This document shows positions 1-8,864 of a DNA stretch of 64,000 nucleotides, piece after piece. This stretch comes from Candidatus Bathyarchaeota archaeon (GTDB lineage: Archaea > Thermoproteota > Bathyarchaeia > Bathyarchaeales > Bathycorpusculaceae), in contig CAWAKC010000009.1 of the NCBI GenBank assembly GCA_963782525.1, positions 96,001 through 160,000 of the forward strand. Direction: 5' to 3'. Both the position numbers and the translations under genes were made by a program. The notes under the pieces were generated by a model. The model saw nothing but the letters and a program-made list of their open reading frames with translations. It made no database searches and was not told the origin of the DNA. Positions within the stretch are counted from its first letter, which is position 1, and every line of letters starts with the position of its first letter.

Positions 1-834
1 CTTTGCTTCATGGAAGATTGGAATTAGAACTGTGTAAACTGGTAAGTCTTTGTCCGGGATGTCTTTTAATTCATCTTTGGTAATTCGCGATGTTCTTGCT
101 CCCCGAAAACCTCTCAACGAAATATAAATTTTAATGGGGTTTACAACAAAATATCCAACACTAATTATTCCAAATAAAACGATGAAAGTTATAGCTGAAC
201 TTATAATCAGGCAAACGCTGATGGCCATAATCAGCGATATTATGAAGTACTTTTGTCGTGGATAGAGGACTTTGTATGCCGACTGGTCGGGCGTACGATT
301 ATAAAGGTCCAGCATTGCATTCTCTTTGTGAATTTCTCTGTAAATGTTTTCGATTGCCCATTCAATCGCTTCAGTGGAGGCGACTCGCAAATTAATCTTC
401 CAAGCGCCAAATAAACATTGAACCGCAACCATAACTTTTCGATCTATAGGGTTATCAACTGCCACATCAACGACTGTCTCATTTATTTCTAAAGGAATAA
501 CTTTGTATTTACTTATAATTGGGTAAGGGAGAATCGTTATGAGCTGGCTTTTTTGTTCGTTCTGATATATTTTTTTAATTTTAGAATCTTCAATGAAGGA
601 TAAACCTGATTTTGAGGCGAGGTCGCGGAAGAAAGTCTGAGGGATTTTAACTTTCCCTGTCCTTAAGGCTGGAATGATGTCTTCAACTGTTATTTCAGAT
701 TTTTCTAATTGGTCAGTTTTAACTTTTCGACTTTTTAATAGTTCAAGTAGTTCTTTTTTGTCGAGAGGTTCCTTGGTAGATGTATCTATTATTGCAGCAT
801 TGGCGGGTATTTCAAGCTCAATAGGAGTGGTCAT
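1..834 (-). CDS. 5' part of a T2SSE_N/MshEN-like + membrane GT2 (cellulose-synthase-like) glycosyltransferase; runs off the window edge
   Basis: Not in the ORF track. Manual translation from ATG 834 is open to base 1: MTTPIELE...DLASKSGLSFIE...YKVIPLEINETVVDVAVDNPID...PDQSAYKVL, two hydrophobic helices, then DKDLPVYTVLIPIFHEAK (GT2 first strand motif). Confidence 0.85.
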   Translation of the reverse strand, partial: MTTPIELEIPANAAIIDTSTKEPLDKKELLELLKSRKVKTDQLEKSEITVEDIIPALRTGKVKIPQTFFRDLASKSGLSFIEDSKIKKIYQNEQKSQLITILPYPIISKYKVIPLEINETVVDVAVDNPIDRKVMVAVQCLFGAWKINLRVASTEAIEWAIENIYREIHKENAMLDLYNRTPDQSAYKVLYPRQKYFIISLIMAISVCLIISSAITFIVLFGIISVGYFVVNPIKIYISLRGFRGARTSRITKDELKDIPDKDLPVYTVLIPIFHEAK

Positions 835-1059
835 CAATTCGACTTTCCAGTAGCTTATCGTGTAGTATATCTTAATACAATATACTGTTTACCTATTAAG
901 TGTTAAGTTGTTAGCTAAAGACGCACAAATCAAACTGTTTATGAAGAGAATTTTGTTCAGTTAAAAAGTTTAAAAAACTAAACCAACTAACTCCAAAAAA
1001 GGAGGGGCAGGTCACCAAAAAACTCGGGAACCAACCAGAAACAAAAAACAAAAGAAAAA

Positions 1060-3063
1060 TTATTGAAGGTTGACCTGTGCGATTTGCGAGAGGTCAGTTA
1101 GGCTGTTGAGCTTTACTTCGCTGTTGGATACAGTATAGAGTGTGTTGCCGATATATAGGCTGCGGGTTATCCATTGGTTTTGGGTATTGTAGTAGTCGTT
1201 GGGGTTGGTTAGTTGTCCTTGGCTGTTTAGCATTGAGGGATCAAGGTGGGTTATAGTGCCTTTGAGTGTGAAGCCGCCGTTTAAGGTGAGGCTGAAGACG
1301 TAGGCGCCCTGCCAAACGGTTGTGCCGTAAGCTGAAGCTGCTGATTGACCATACTGCTGTATCTGCTGCAGAGTTCCGTTATCTACCAGTGCCAAGCTGA
1401 CTGGAATCACCAGCAAATTCTTGCTCTCGTCAAAGAGGAACGCTTTAGGATCTATCAGCACTGGGGAATCGGTGCCTCTGTCGCCAATGGTAAAGTTTGA
1501 CAGTTGAACGGGGTTGTTTACGTTGCTGACGTCGAAGAGGGACAGTTTTAAGCCTTGGTACCATGCGAAGTCGCCTTGGTTTGAGTCAACGGCTTCTTTG
1601 CCAACGCCGATTAGATGTGTTTCGTCATAGGGGTGGAGGTAGTCGCTGTAGCCGGGGATTTTGAGTTCGCCAAGCACCTTGGGGTTTGTGGGTTGGCTGA
1701 GGTCTATGACGAATAAGGGGTCGGTTCGCATGAACGTTACTAGGTAGCCTCTGTCACCTATGAAGCGGACAGAGTGCAAGTTTTCGCCGTTTGCCAAGCC
1801 TTCCAGGCTGCCTATAACTGTGAGGTTTTCGTTAAGTATGTAGACGTTGTTTGATTGAGTATTGGTGTTCTGGGTGGACCCTGCGCCCGTAAAGGGTATG
1901 GCGATAAGGTCACTGGGCAGGTTGGTTGCAACGCGGAGGTTTCCGCCATATTCGTCTAATGCGTACTGGTTGATTGTGTAGCCTGGAACACCGCCTTGAG
2001 CTGCAAGAGTTAGTTGTAAACCATCAATTTTCACGCGGTAAATAGAAGTTACGTCGGTTCCATTAACCCAGTTTGGATAAGTAACGTAGATGTTGTTAGG
2101 TGAAACGTACATAGTGCTTGCACCACTCATCAAAACCGTCATGTTTGTTGGTTGCGCCTGGTCGTTTGACACGTCTAGTCCATAGAAGCTGGTGAAGGAG
2201 TAATAGCTTGATTGGTTCATGTCAGCGTAGAAGATACTGGTGGGTGAAGCGGCTGAGGCTATTCCACCATTGTAAACGGCGGGAACCGAAACTGCTCCAT
2301 CGTAGATGAAAGCGCTTTGGCTGGTGACGGCATAGAGGTAGTTTCCTATCATGCGTGAATCGAAGTAGCTTCCACTGACTGTGAAGTTGCGGGTTAAAAC
2401 TGGGTTGGCTTTGTTTGAAATGTCGAAGACATTTATTGACGTTGAAGTGTCGCTATAATAGGGCATAATTGATATGCCGCTTGCAGGTGCAATGTACAAT
2501 TGGTACTTATTAGATATAACAACGAGTTTTGTGCTGTCGGGACTTAAGAACAAGCCTACAGGGCTGGAATCATTGTCTAGGACAATTTTAGAAATTACTT
2601 TTGCGTTCTGTGGGTCCGCATTTATAATGTATAGATTGTTAGCGACTTGGGAGCTAGCACCAAAGTAATAGTAGCTGTTTTGGCTGGTGGACAGGGTATA
2701 GATGTATTGACCGTCTGTTTTCACGGTGTCAGCTTCATCTACTCCTGCAACTTGAATGTTGGTGGTTGAATAATCAGCGGTGGCGCCGTTAGCACCTGCA
2801 GCTGCCGGTGTAGCAAACGATGGATTGGTACTTTGTGCCCAATACCTTTCTGGCAAGCTGTTAGTTTCTGTTACGTTCAGGTAATTTTTTAGTTCATCCA
2901 TCGATGAAAAAGTCTTCAATGCTGAAACCGAAACCGGCTGGTTAAACGGCAGAATCGTTGGGGATGAGCCGAATACGTAAATTGCAGAAATCAATATTAT
3001 TGCGGAGAGCACTGCGACTGTTCCGTATATACTTGTTTTTTTCTTAACTTCTTTCTGAACCAT
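1060..3063 (-). CDS. Secreted/membrane-anchored beta-propeller domain protein (Beta_propel, PF09826-like)
   Basis: N-terminal TM; family motifs YSTTNIQVAGVDEADTVKTDG, DPLFVIDLS.P..P..LGELKIPGYSDYLHP, GLKLSLFDVS. Confidence 0.9.
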   Translation of the reverse strand: MVQKEVKKKTSIYGTVAVLSAIILISAIYVFGSSPTILPFNQPVSVSALKTFSSMDELKNYLNVTETNSLPERYWAQSTNPSFATPAAAGANGATADYSTTNIQVAGVDEADTVKTDGQYIYTLSTSQNSYYYFGASSQVANNLYIINADPQNAKVISKIVLDNDSSPVGLFLSPDSTKLVVISNKYQLYIAPASGISIMPYYSDTSTSINVFDISNKANPVLTRNFTVSGSYFDSRMIGNYLYAVTSQSAFIYDGAVSVPAVYNGGIASAASPTSIFYADMNQSSYYSFTSFYGLDVSNDQAQPTNMTVLMSGASTMYVSPNNIYVTYPNWVNGTDVTSIYRVKIDGLQLTLAAQGGVPGYTINQYALDEYGGNLRVATNLPSDLIAIPFTGAGSTQNTNTQSNNVYILNENLTVIGSLEGLANGENLHSVRFIGDRGYLVTFMRTDPLFVIDLSQPTNPKVLGELKIPGYSDYLHPYDETHLIGVGKEAVDSNQGDFAWYQGLKLSLFDVSNVNNPVQLSNFTIGDRGTDSPVLIDPKAFLFDESKNLLVIPVSLALVDNGTLQQIQQYGQSAASAYGTTVWQGAYVFSLTLNGGFTLKGTITHLDPSMLNSQGQLTNPNDYYNTQNQWITRSLYIGNTLYTVSNSEVKLNSLTDLSQIAQVNLQ

Positions 3064-3118
3064 ATGTTCTTTCTCCCACCATTGGTAATGTTACGTGTTT
3101 ATTTGATGCTAAGCATGC

Positions 3119-3131
3119 GAACAGACTGTTC
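3119..3131. promoter_or_regulatory. Palindromic operator GAACAG-A-CTGTTC upstream of the beta-propeller gene
   Basis: Perfect 6-1-6 inverted repeat; near-identical copy with the same downstream context at 43433-43445. Confidence 0.6.
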
Positions 3132-3137
3132 TAACAA

Positions 3138-3584
3138 TTAGAATGGCCTCATTTCCCACACACGATACGCTTCATACCAAAATATCAAGCACACAATTGC
3201 TCCAAACGAAATGATGAACAAATTATCGCGTGTAAACCCATGAACCATAATCAACAGGTAAGCTGCATAGAACACGGTTGAGAATAGGGCATAGAAGAAG
3301 AAGCGTGGAAACAGCAACTTTCCTAACTTTACATAGTGGCGTAGGACACCGATTTTTATTTGTCCAACCAAAACGTAGTGTCCACCGACTTCTTGTTTTT
3401 CAACCAACCCTAATTCCCTAAGTTGCTCTAAATGGTGAAATGCTATGCTGGGGCTGCTGAAGCGGAGGGTTCGCTGGACTTCGCGGACGCCAACTGGACT
3501 GCCGGTTTTTAGGAGGAACCAGTAGACTTTCCATGCTTTGCCGCGAAGAGCATACTCAAGCTCTGTTTCGCTGTTAGCATTCAA
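3138..3584 (-). CDS. Membrane-tethered winged-helix transcriptional regulator (ArsR-like wHTH + 2 C-terminal TM helices)
   Basis: GVREVQRTLRFSSPSIAFHHLEQLRELGLV wHTH followed by two hydrophobic segments. Confidence 0.85.
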   Translation of the reverse strand: MNANSETELEYALRGKAWKVYWFLLKTGSPVGVREVQRTLRFSSPSIAFHHLEQLRELGLVEKQEVGGHYVLVGQIKIGVLRHYVKLGKLLFPRFFFYALFSTVFYAAYLLIMVHGFTRDNLFIISFGAIVCLIFWYEAYRVWEMRPF

Positions 3585-3726
3585 CCAGTTAAACCTTCAG
3601 AAGATAGAACGGTGCATGGGGAATATAAGCCCAGTTATTAGAACAAACTTTTTTAAGCAAATTTCAGCAAAGGAGGTCAATGAAAAATTTTAAAAAAGAA
3701 AAAGAAGGATGGGAGAAGAAGGGGGT

Positions 3727-4374
3727 TTATGCTTTTGATTTGTTTGTTGCGCCAGGCATTCCAGGTGGTAGATCTGGGAAGTTTGCGCTGACTCTTTGTT
3801 CTGCAACGGTTGCTGCTTCAGACAGAATTTTTGATGCGTCTTCGTTTACTGTGTCGAAATTTAGTGACATTCCACCGGATGTTCCTGCTTCAAACATTAA
3901 GCCGCTTAGCATGTTGCCGATGTCGCCGAGTTCGCCTTCTGCTTCAGGCAAAACACCGCCTAATCCTGAACTAACGCTGCGTAGTACACCAACGCATGGT
4001 CCTAATGCTGCAACGACGTCGCCTAGTTCCGATACAGTGCGTATTCTGAGCGCTACTTGGTCGAGTGCTAGTCTTGCGTTCATGATGAGCTTTGACATTT
4101 TGCGGATTTCAGCCAGTTCAGTAGAGTAGATGTTGGCGTGTGCAGAATCATGTTTGGTGTAGGCATCAACGATTTTTGCGAATAGAGCTTTGTCTTTTTG
4201 GGTGAAGCGTTCGTTTGCTTGATCTAGTTTGCTGATTTGTAGGTCGAGTTTTCTGCAGGCGAGGTCTAATGCTGTTTTTAGTGGTGGAGGCGGTTGGACG
4301 GTGTTACGTATTTGTTTACCGAATGAATCTCCTTCTCGTGGTTTTTCCCATTTCTTTGCGAAACGTTCAGACAT
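3727..4374 (-). CDS. ESCRT-III (Snf7/CdvB family) protein
   Basis: Helical core ELAEIRKMSK...LALDQVALRIRTVSELGDV, EDASKILSEAA..AE, C-terminal FPDLP; probable start MSERFAKKW at 4374 rather than 4431. Confidence 0.88.
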   Translation of the reverse strand: MSERFAKKWEKPREGDSFGKQIRNTVQPPPPLKTALDLACRKLDLQISKLDQANERFTQKDKALFAKIVDAYTKHDSAHANIYSTELAEIRKMSKLIMNARLALDQVALRIRTVSELGDVVAALGPCVGVLRSVSSGLGGVLPEAEGELGDIGNMLSGLMFEAGTSGGMSLNFDTVNEDASKILSEAATVAEQRVSANFPDLPPGMPGATNKSKA

Positions 4375-4560
4375 GTAAATATCCTCTTGAACATCGATAC
4401 GGTGCAATGGGTACTTAATGCTTGCTAACATGCAGATATATACATAAACGAGTTAGCGATGGTCTTTCTGACACTTATGAGCTAAAACCACTCCCTCAAC
4501 CCTTTCCAACCTCATAAAGCTTAAGAATTAAGCAGACACCATCTGTATTGAGGCACAGCT

Positions 4561-5241
4561 ATGCCAGATTCTGAACGTCAAATCGGCGTAATCACAGATA
4601 TTCTCATACCGGTCGATCCACAAACGCGATATGATGTCTATTTTACTGACAAACGCATCGCCATAGTTTGCATGGGACCTAGCAATCGTTTCGATGGAGT
4701 TTCAGAGAGCCGTTCTTTCCTCTTTGGAGTAGCATCAGAAGCACCGACAAATGCATATGAGGAAAGAAAAAACCGGCAAACAATAGAAGCAGAAATCAAC
4801 CAGTTACCCATTAACGAAAAAATAAAACTTAGCAAAAAAAGCTGCTTCTACACTTACCAAGAAATAGAAGAGGTCAAGTTAATTTCAGGAAAAAAACAGA
4901 AATTTGCCATTTTAAGCGAAGAGTGCATTTCAAAGTTCGCGCCAAACGTAGAACAGTTTAATCAACTGGCTGATTTATTGCCAACTATCGAAGCGCTAAA
5001 AGGCAAAACCTCAATTATCGGCAATTTAACTTTGAAGCCTCAGCAAGGAGAACCAACCACCTTCGTCTGCCAACATTGCGGTTCAAAAAATGACGCTGAC
5101 GCCCTATTCTGCGATACGTGCGGCATGAAAATAAAAGAAGAAACCGTCAACCCTAACGAGTTAACTTGCAGCTCATGCGGAACAAAAAATAAAATGCAAG
5201 CATCATTTTGCAAAAGATGCGGTTCGCCCCTGCGGGCTTAA
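4561..5241 (+). CDS. Double zinc-ribbon (DZR) domain protein
   Basis: CQHCG...FCDTCG and CSSCG...FCKRCG at the C-terminus. Confidence 0.8.
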   Translation: MPDSERQIGVITDILIPVDPQTRYDVYFTDKRIAIVCMGPSNRFDGVSESRSFLFGVASEAPTNAYEERKNRQTIEAEINQLPINEKIKLSKKSCFYTYQEIEEVKLISGKKQKFAILSEECISKFAPNVEQFNQLADLLPTIEALKGKTSIIGNLTLKPQQGEPTTFVCQHCGSKNDADALFCDTCGMKIKEETVNPNELTCSSCGTKNKMQASFCKRCGSPLRA

Positions 5242-5251
5242 TAGCTGCTGT

Positions 5252-6109
5252 TTATTTGATAACTCCGAAGATATAGGCGAGCAATCCAACTAGGAACAGA
5301 TATAACACTACTTTTTTGATTCTTCTGGCTTTTTCCCGTGAATGATCCAACAGTAGAAAAACAGAACAAACCACTAAACCTACATCGGTCACTAAAACAA
5401 AGGGGATAAACCAGATTCCTACAAGCCCCAAAACCCAGGTAACTGGGGTTAAAGCTACGGCAAAAATGAAAAACACCACTGCCGTAATCGCTGCGGTTTT
5501 TTCTCCAAAACGGACCGCCAACGTTTTTACTCCTTCAGCGCTATCGCCCTTAACATCAACTATACCTTTGGTGATTTCTCTGCCCGTGTTAGAGAGAAAA
5601 GCCATGGATGCAAACAACAATACATTCAAGCCGACAGTTCCTATCGCGGTTATGCTGCCGTAGATGAACGGAATGGCAACGCAGATGCTGACTAAAAAGT
5701 TTCCAGGCAACCCGCTGCGTTTACCTACGGTGATGTAGGTTGCTGTTATTGCCAGAGAAACTGCTGCCACAACGAAACACGATAAACCGTAAGGCACCAC
5801 GAGAAGCGAAAACACAAAACCCACAACGACAAGCCCCACCATGAATGCCAATGCTTCTTTGGGCTTCACTGTACCGCTTGGAATCGGTCGCCGAGGTTCA
5901 TTGATAGCGTCGATTTTTCGATCGTAATAATCGTTGATAACCATGGCTGCTGCGCAAAAAGTAAATCCAGTCAAAAAACCGAACAATATGTTCAGCCAGT
6001 TCAATGTGCCTAATGAAGCAGCAAGAACGGCACCGACAAGTACGGCGAAACCCATCATCATGCAGTTGACTGGTCGCATTAACCGTATGAAGCCGCCAAG
6101 CTTATTCAT
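5252..6109 (-). CDS. Digeranylgeranylglyceryl phosphate synthase (UbiA family)
   Basis: NDYYDRKIDAINEPRRPIPSG and REITKGIVDVKGD...TLAV motifs; multi-TM. Confidence 0.9.
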   Translation of the reverse strand: MNKLGGFIRLMRPVNCMMMGFAVLVGAVLAASLGTLNWLNILFGFLTGFTFCAAAMVINDYYDRKIDAINEPRRPIPSGTVKPKEALAFMVGLVVVGFVFSLLVVPYGLSCFVVAAVSLAITATYITVGKRSGLPGNFLVSICVAIPFIYGSITAIGTVGLNVLLFASMAFLSNTGREITKGIVDVKGDSAEGVKTLAVRFGEKTAAITAVVFFIFAVALTPVTWVLGLVGIWFIPFVLVTDVGLVVCSVFLLLDHSREKARRIKKVVLYLFLVGLLAYIFGVIK

Positions 6110-6181
6110 GCTCGTAACCTGTTTTGACTATTAAGTTACTTCCGTTACCTATAAAATTGTAGATCAACGAGGAGGGAAAAT

Positions 6182-7564
6182 GTGCCTTTTTCTGCATCTG
6201 TAGTGTTTTTTGGAAATAGTTTAAAAGGACAACAAGCATTCAACCATACAGAAGTCTTGGTGAAGCTCTTGAGTGACAATTATGCGCCCCTCGTCGGAGA
6301 CAACTATGCTCCAGAAAAAATCCGAGTAATAATTCCCGTCGGCGGCAAAGCCACACGTCTCCTGCCGTTGACGGCGGAAACCAGCAAAGCCTGCTTACGC
6401 CTCCTCAACAGGCCGCTGGTAGAGTTTTCGCTCCTCTCACTGGCAAGTCAGGGAATCCGCAACTTCATATTCGGCGTCAAAGGCTACACCAACTACCGAG
6501 ACCTTTACGATTATTTTGAATCCGGCGTTGGATTCTCCGCAAGATACAATATCAAACCCCGTATCCACATAAAATATCAGCCTAACGTGCCCGATTTAGG
6601 CAGCGCCGACTCCGCCCGCATAAACATAGATTATTACGAATTAAACAACCCCATCTTCGCCGTGCAGGGCGACAACATATTTGACATTAAAGTTAAAAGC
6701 CTCATTGACTTTCACAAGGAAAAATGCTCATGCTTAACAATCGTGCTCCGTGAAGTTGACAATGTGGAAGGGTTAGGCATAGCTGACATCGACAAGAACG
6801 GTCGCATCCAACGTTTCGTAGAAAAGCCGTTGCCAAAAGATGCGCCAAGCAACCTTGCAAACACGGGACTGTACGTTTTATCGCCTGACATACGGAAAAT
6901 TTTCAAGGAAAAAGGCATCCAGCAAATCATCAAAGAAAAAAATCGTTTAGACTTCGGTTACGACTTTATACCTTATGTAATTTCGACTGGACGCGCAGTG
7001 TATGGTTACACGTTGAAAGGCAGTTGGTTTGATGTAGGTACACCGAAGAGTTACTTGGAGGCCATGAAGAACCTGCTCGGGGGAGGATTTTCAACTCTCA
7101 ACGACTTCGGTGGCAGATTAAATAAAGACACCCCCATCTGGGTCCAAGGTGAGAGTACAGATTCAGAGAAACGCCGCCAAGAAATTATACAGAAAATTAA
7201 GCAGAAGAAAATCCTGATTGAGGGTTCAGTTTTGATTGGGCGGCACTGCCAAATTGAAGATGGAGCACGAATTGTTAATTCATGCATCGATGACTTCACA
7301 AGGATTGGCAAGAACGCGGTTGTTACCAACTCGGCTGTCATGGACAGAGTCATAATCGGTGAAAACGCTGAAATCTACGACAGCATCATTGGCAGGCATG
7401 TAGCTGTAAATTCAAGTTGCCATAAACCCACAAAAATCACTGCAATCAGCGTCATCGCCGACGACGTTATACTTGAAGAAGGATGCTCACTCTCTGCAAC
7501 CAAAATTTACCCCCACCAAACCATCAGTGGAGAATTCCAAAACCAAACTATAATCGCGAACTAA
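6182..7564 (+). CDS. NDP-sugar synthase (sugar-1-phosphate nucleotidyltransferase with left-handed beta-helix)
   Basis: GGKATRLLPLT..SK, QGDN, FVEKP, WFDVGTP, C-terminal hexapeptide repeats; true start probably ~6269. Confidence 0.9.
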   Translation: MPFSASVVFFGNSLKGQQAFNHTEVLVKLLSDNYAPLVGDNYAPEKIRVIIPVGGKATRLLPLTAETSKACLRLLNRPLVEFSLLSLASQGIRNFIFGVKGYTNYRDLYDYFESGVGFSARYNIKPRIHIKYQPNVPDLGSADSARINIDYYELNNPIFAVQGDNIFDIKVKSLIDFHKEKCSCLTIVLREVDNVEGLGIADIDKNGRIQRFVEKPLPKDAPSNLANTGLYVLSPDIRKIFKEKGIQQIIKEKNRLDFGYDFIPYVISTGRAVYGYTLKGSWFDVGTPKSYLEAMKNLLGGGFSTLNDFGGRLNKDTPIWVQGESTDSEKRRQEIIQKIKQKKILIEGSVLIGRHCQIEDGARIVNSCIDDFTRIGKNAVVTNSAVMDRVIIGENAEIYDSIIGRHVAVNSSCHKPTKITAISVIADDVILEEGCSLSATKIYPHQTISGEFQNQTIIAN

Positions 7565-8115
7565 GCCTTAAACCACTTAAAAATCAAGTACTTAATCTCT
7601 TTAGAAGACAACTCGGGAACTGCGATGATGAAACGTTTTCGAACTGTGGTGGCTAATCTGCCGTTTTTCACTATTTCTGTAGCGGATATTTCTGAGCCTG
7701 CCTTCTTGACTGTAACCATGTAGGGCGCATGCTCGACGCCCGGACCGTACTTGTAGACTGCAAAGTCGCAACCGAACTTTATTCCTGGCGTAACAATTAA
7801 GCCGCTGTCTCGGAGATCATGGTAAACAACGTATTTTTCCTCAAACCCATCGTAGAGTTGTTTAGCTTTCTGCTTTAGTTTACGAAGGCTAACTTTTGTC
7901 TCGTTTGGATTTTCGAAAATTTCGATTTTTTCTACTTCTGCTAAGTAGAGCCCTTCCATCAAATCCAAAATTAGCGGTACATCAAACTCTGGAACTTTCG
8001 GTTTGGGGATGCCAACTGGTTTACCGTAGTAGGCGGTTTTGTAGAGCTCGGAGCCTTCTGCTGGATTCCATACGACGAGGAAGTTTTCGATGAGTTCAAC
8101 CTTAATTTTTGGCAT
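7561..8115 (-). CDS. endA: tRNA-intron lyase (splicing endonuclease), catalytic subunit
   Basis: VYHDLRDSG..VTPGIKFGCDFAVY..GPGVEHA...RLATTVRK with the Tyr/His/Lys triad. Confidence 0.92.
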   Translation of the reverse strand: MPKIKVELIENFLVVWNPAEGSELYKTAYYGKPVGIPKPKVPEFDVPLILDLMEGLYLAEVEKIEIFENPNETKVSLRKLKQKAKQLYDGFEEKYVVYHDLRDSGLIVTPGIKFGCDFAVYKYGPGVEHAPYMVTVKKAGSEISATEIVKNGRLATTVRKRFIIAVPELSSKEIKYLIFKWFKA

Positions 8116-8130
8116 CGCTCTAGCTCTTGG

Positions 8131-8790
8131 CTACATGATAAACGAGATTGTGCGTGCTGCGTCTGCAGCGTCCTCGGCTTTGTCTGCACTATTTTCAAGA
8201 AGCTGCAAGACATCTCTTAGAAGCAGCAACACTGGGACCTCTAGTTTACTTGTTAAGACTTTTATGGTTAAAGCGCGGTATATGTCGTCTACAATGCGTT
8301 CGGCTATTTCTACGTCTTTGGCGCGTTCAAGGGTTTTTTGTGGTCCATAGTTTAGGACCATCATTGTTTCGCGGAGTTTAAGCACTGAGTCAAGAACAGC
8401 TAGGGAAAGTTTTAGAAGGTCTTTTTTGACTTCAGGAGGAATAATCCAGTTGTGCTCCATGATTTCAACCAAATAATTGGCGATGCCCTCTGAGAAGTCA
8501 GCAATTTCGCTGGATAAGTTGGTGAACCTTAGGAAGTCTTCGCGGGCGATTAAGATTGCGCCGATTTCAGCAAGTTCCTGCGAAACCATACGTCTTGCTT
8601 TGATGACTTCTTCTTCGCCTGAGCGGATTTCGCTGAAGAGTTTGCGGGCGTTTTCTTTATCTCCGCTAGCAAAGTACTCGACCAGCTGCGGGATTTTTCT
8701 CGAAACATCAACAACCTTACGTAAGTTATCTTGACAAGCATTCAACGCTCGACGCTTCACGCGCTCTTCTGTTTCTGCTGGAAGTACCAA
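8131..8790 (-). CDS. DUF47/PhoU-like helical protein
   Basis: REDFL, ERIVDDIYR, LENSADKAEDAAD motifs. Confidence 0.8.
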   Translation of the reverse strand: MVLPAETEERVKRRALNACQDNLRKVVDVSRKIPQLVEYFASGDKENARKLFSEIRSGEEEVIKARRMVSQELAEIGAILIAREDFLRFTNLSSEIADFSEGIANYLVEIMEHNWIIPPEVKKDLLKLSLAVLDSVLKLRETMMVLNYGPQKTLERAKDVEIAERIVDDIYRALTIKVLTSKLEVPVLLLLRDVLQLLENSADKAEDAADAARTISFIM

Positions 8791-8864
8791 ACTTTTTTCC
8801 CCGCCTATAATAATCCCTAATGCAACATGTACCTATTTGTGTGTGCATTAAAAAAGATAACTAC

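Noticed and set aside
3680-4129. 149-aa plus-strand ORF and the many other antisense ORFs in the track (e.g. 28829-29305, 42023-42451)
   Set aside because: They lie opposite well-supported genes and have no recognisable motifs.
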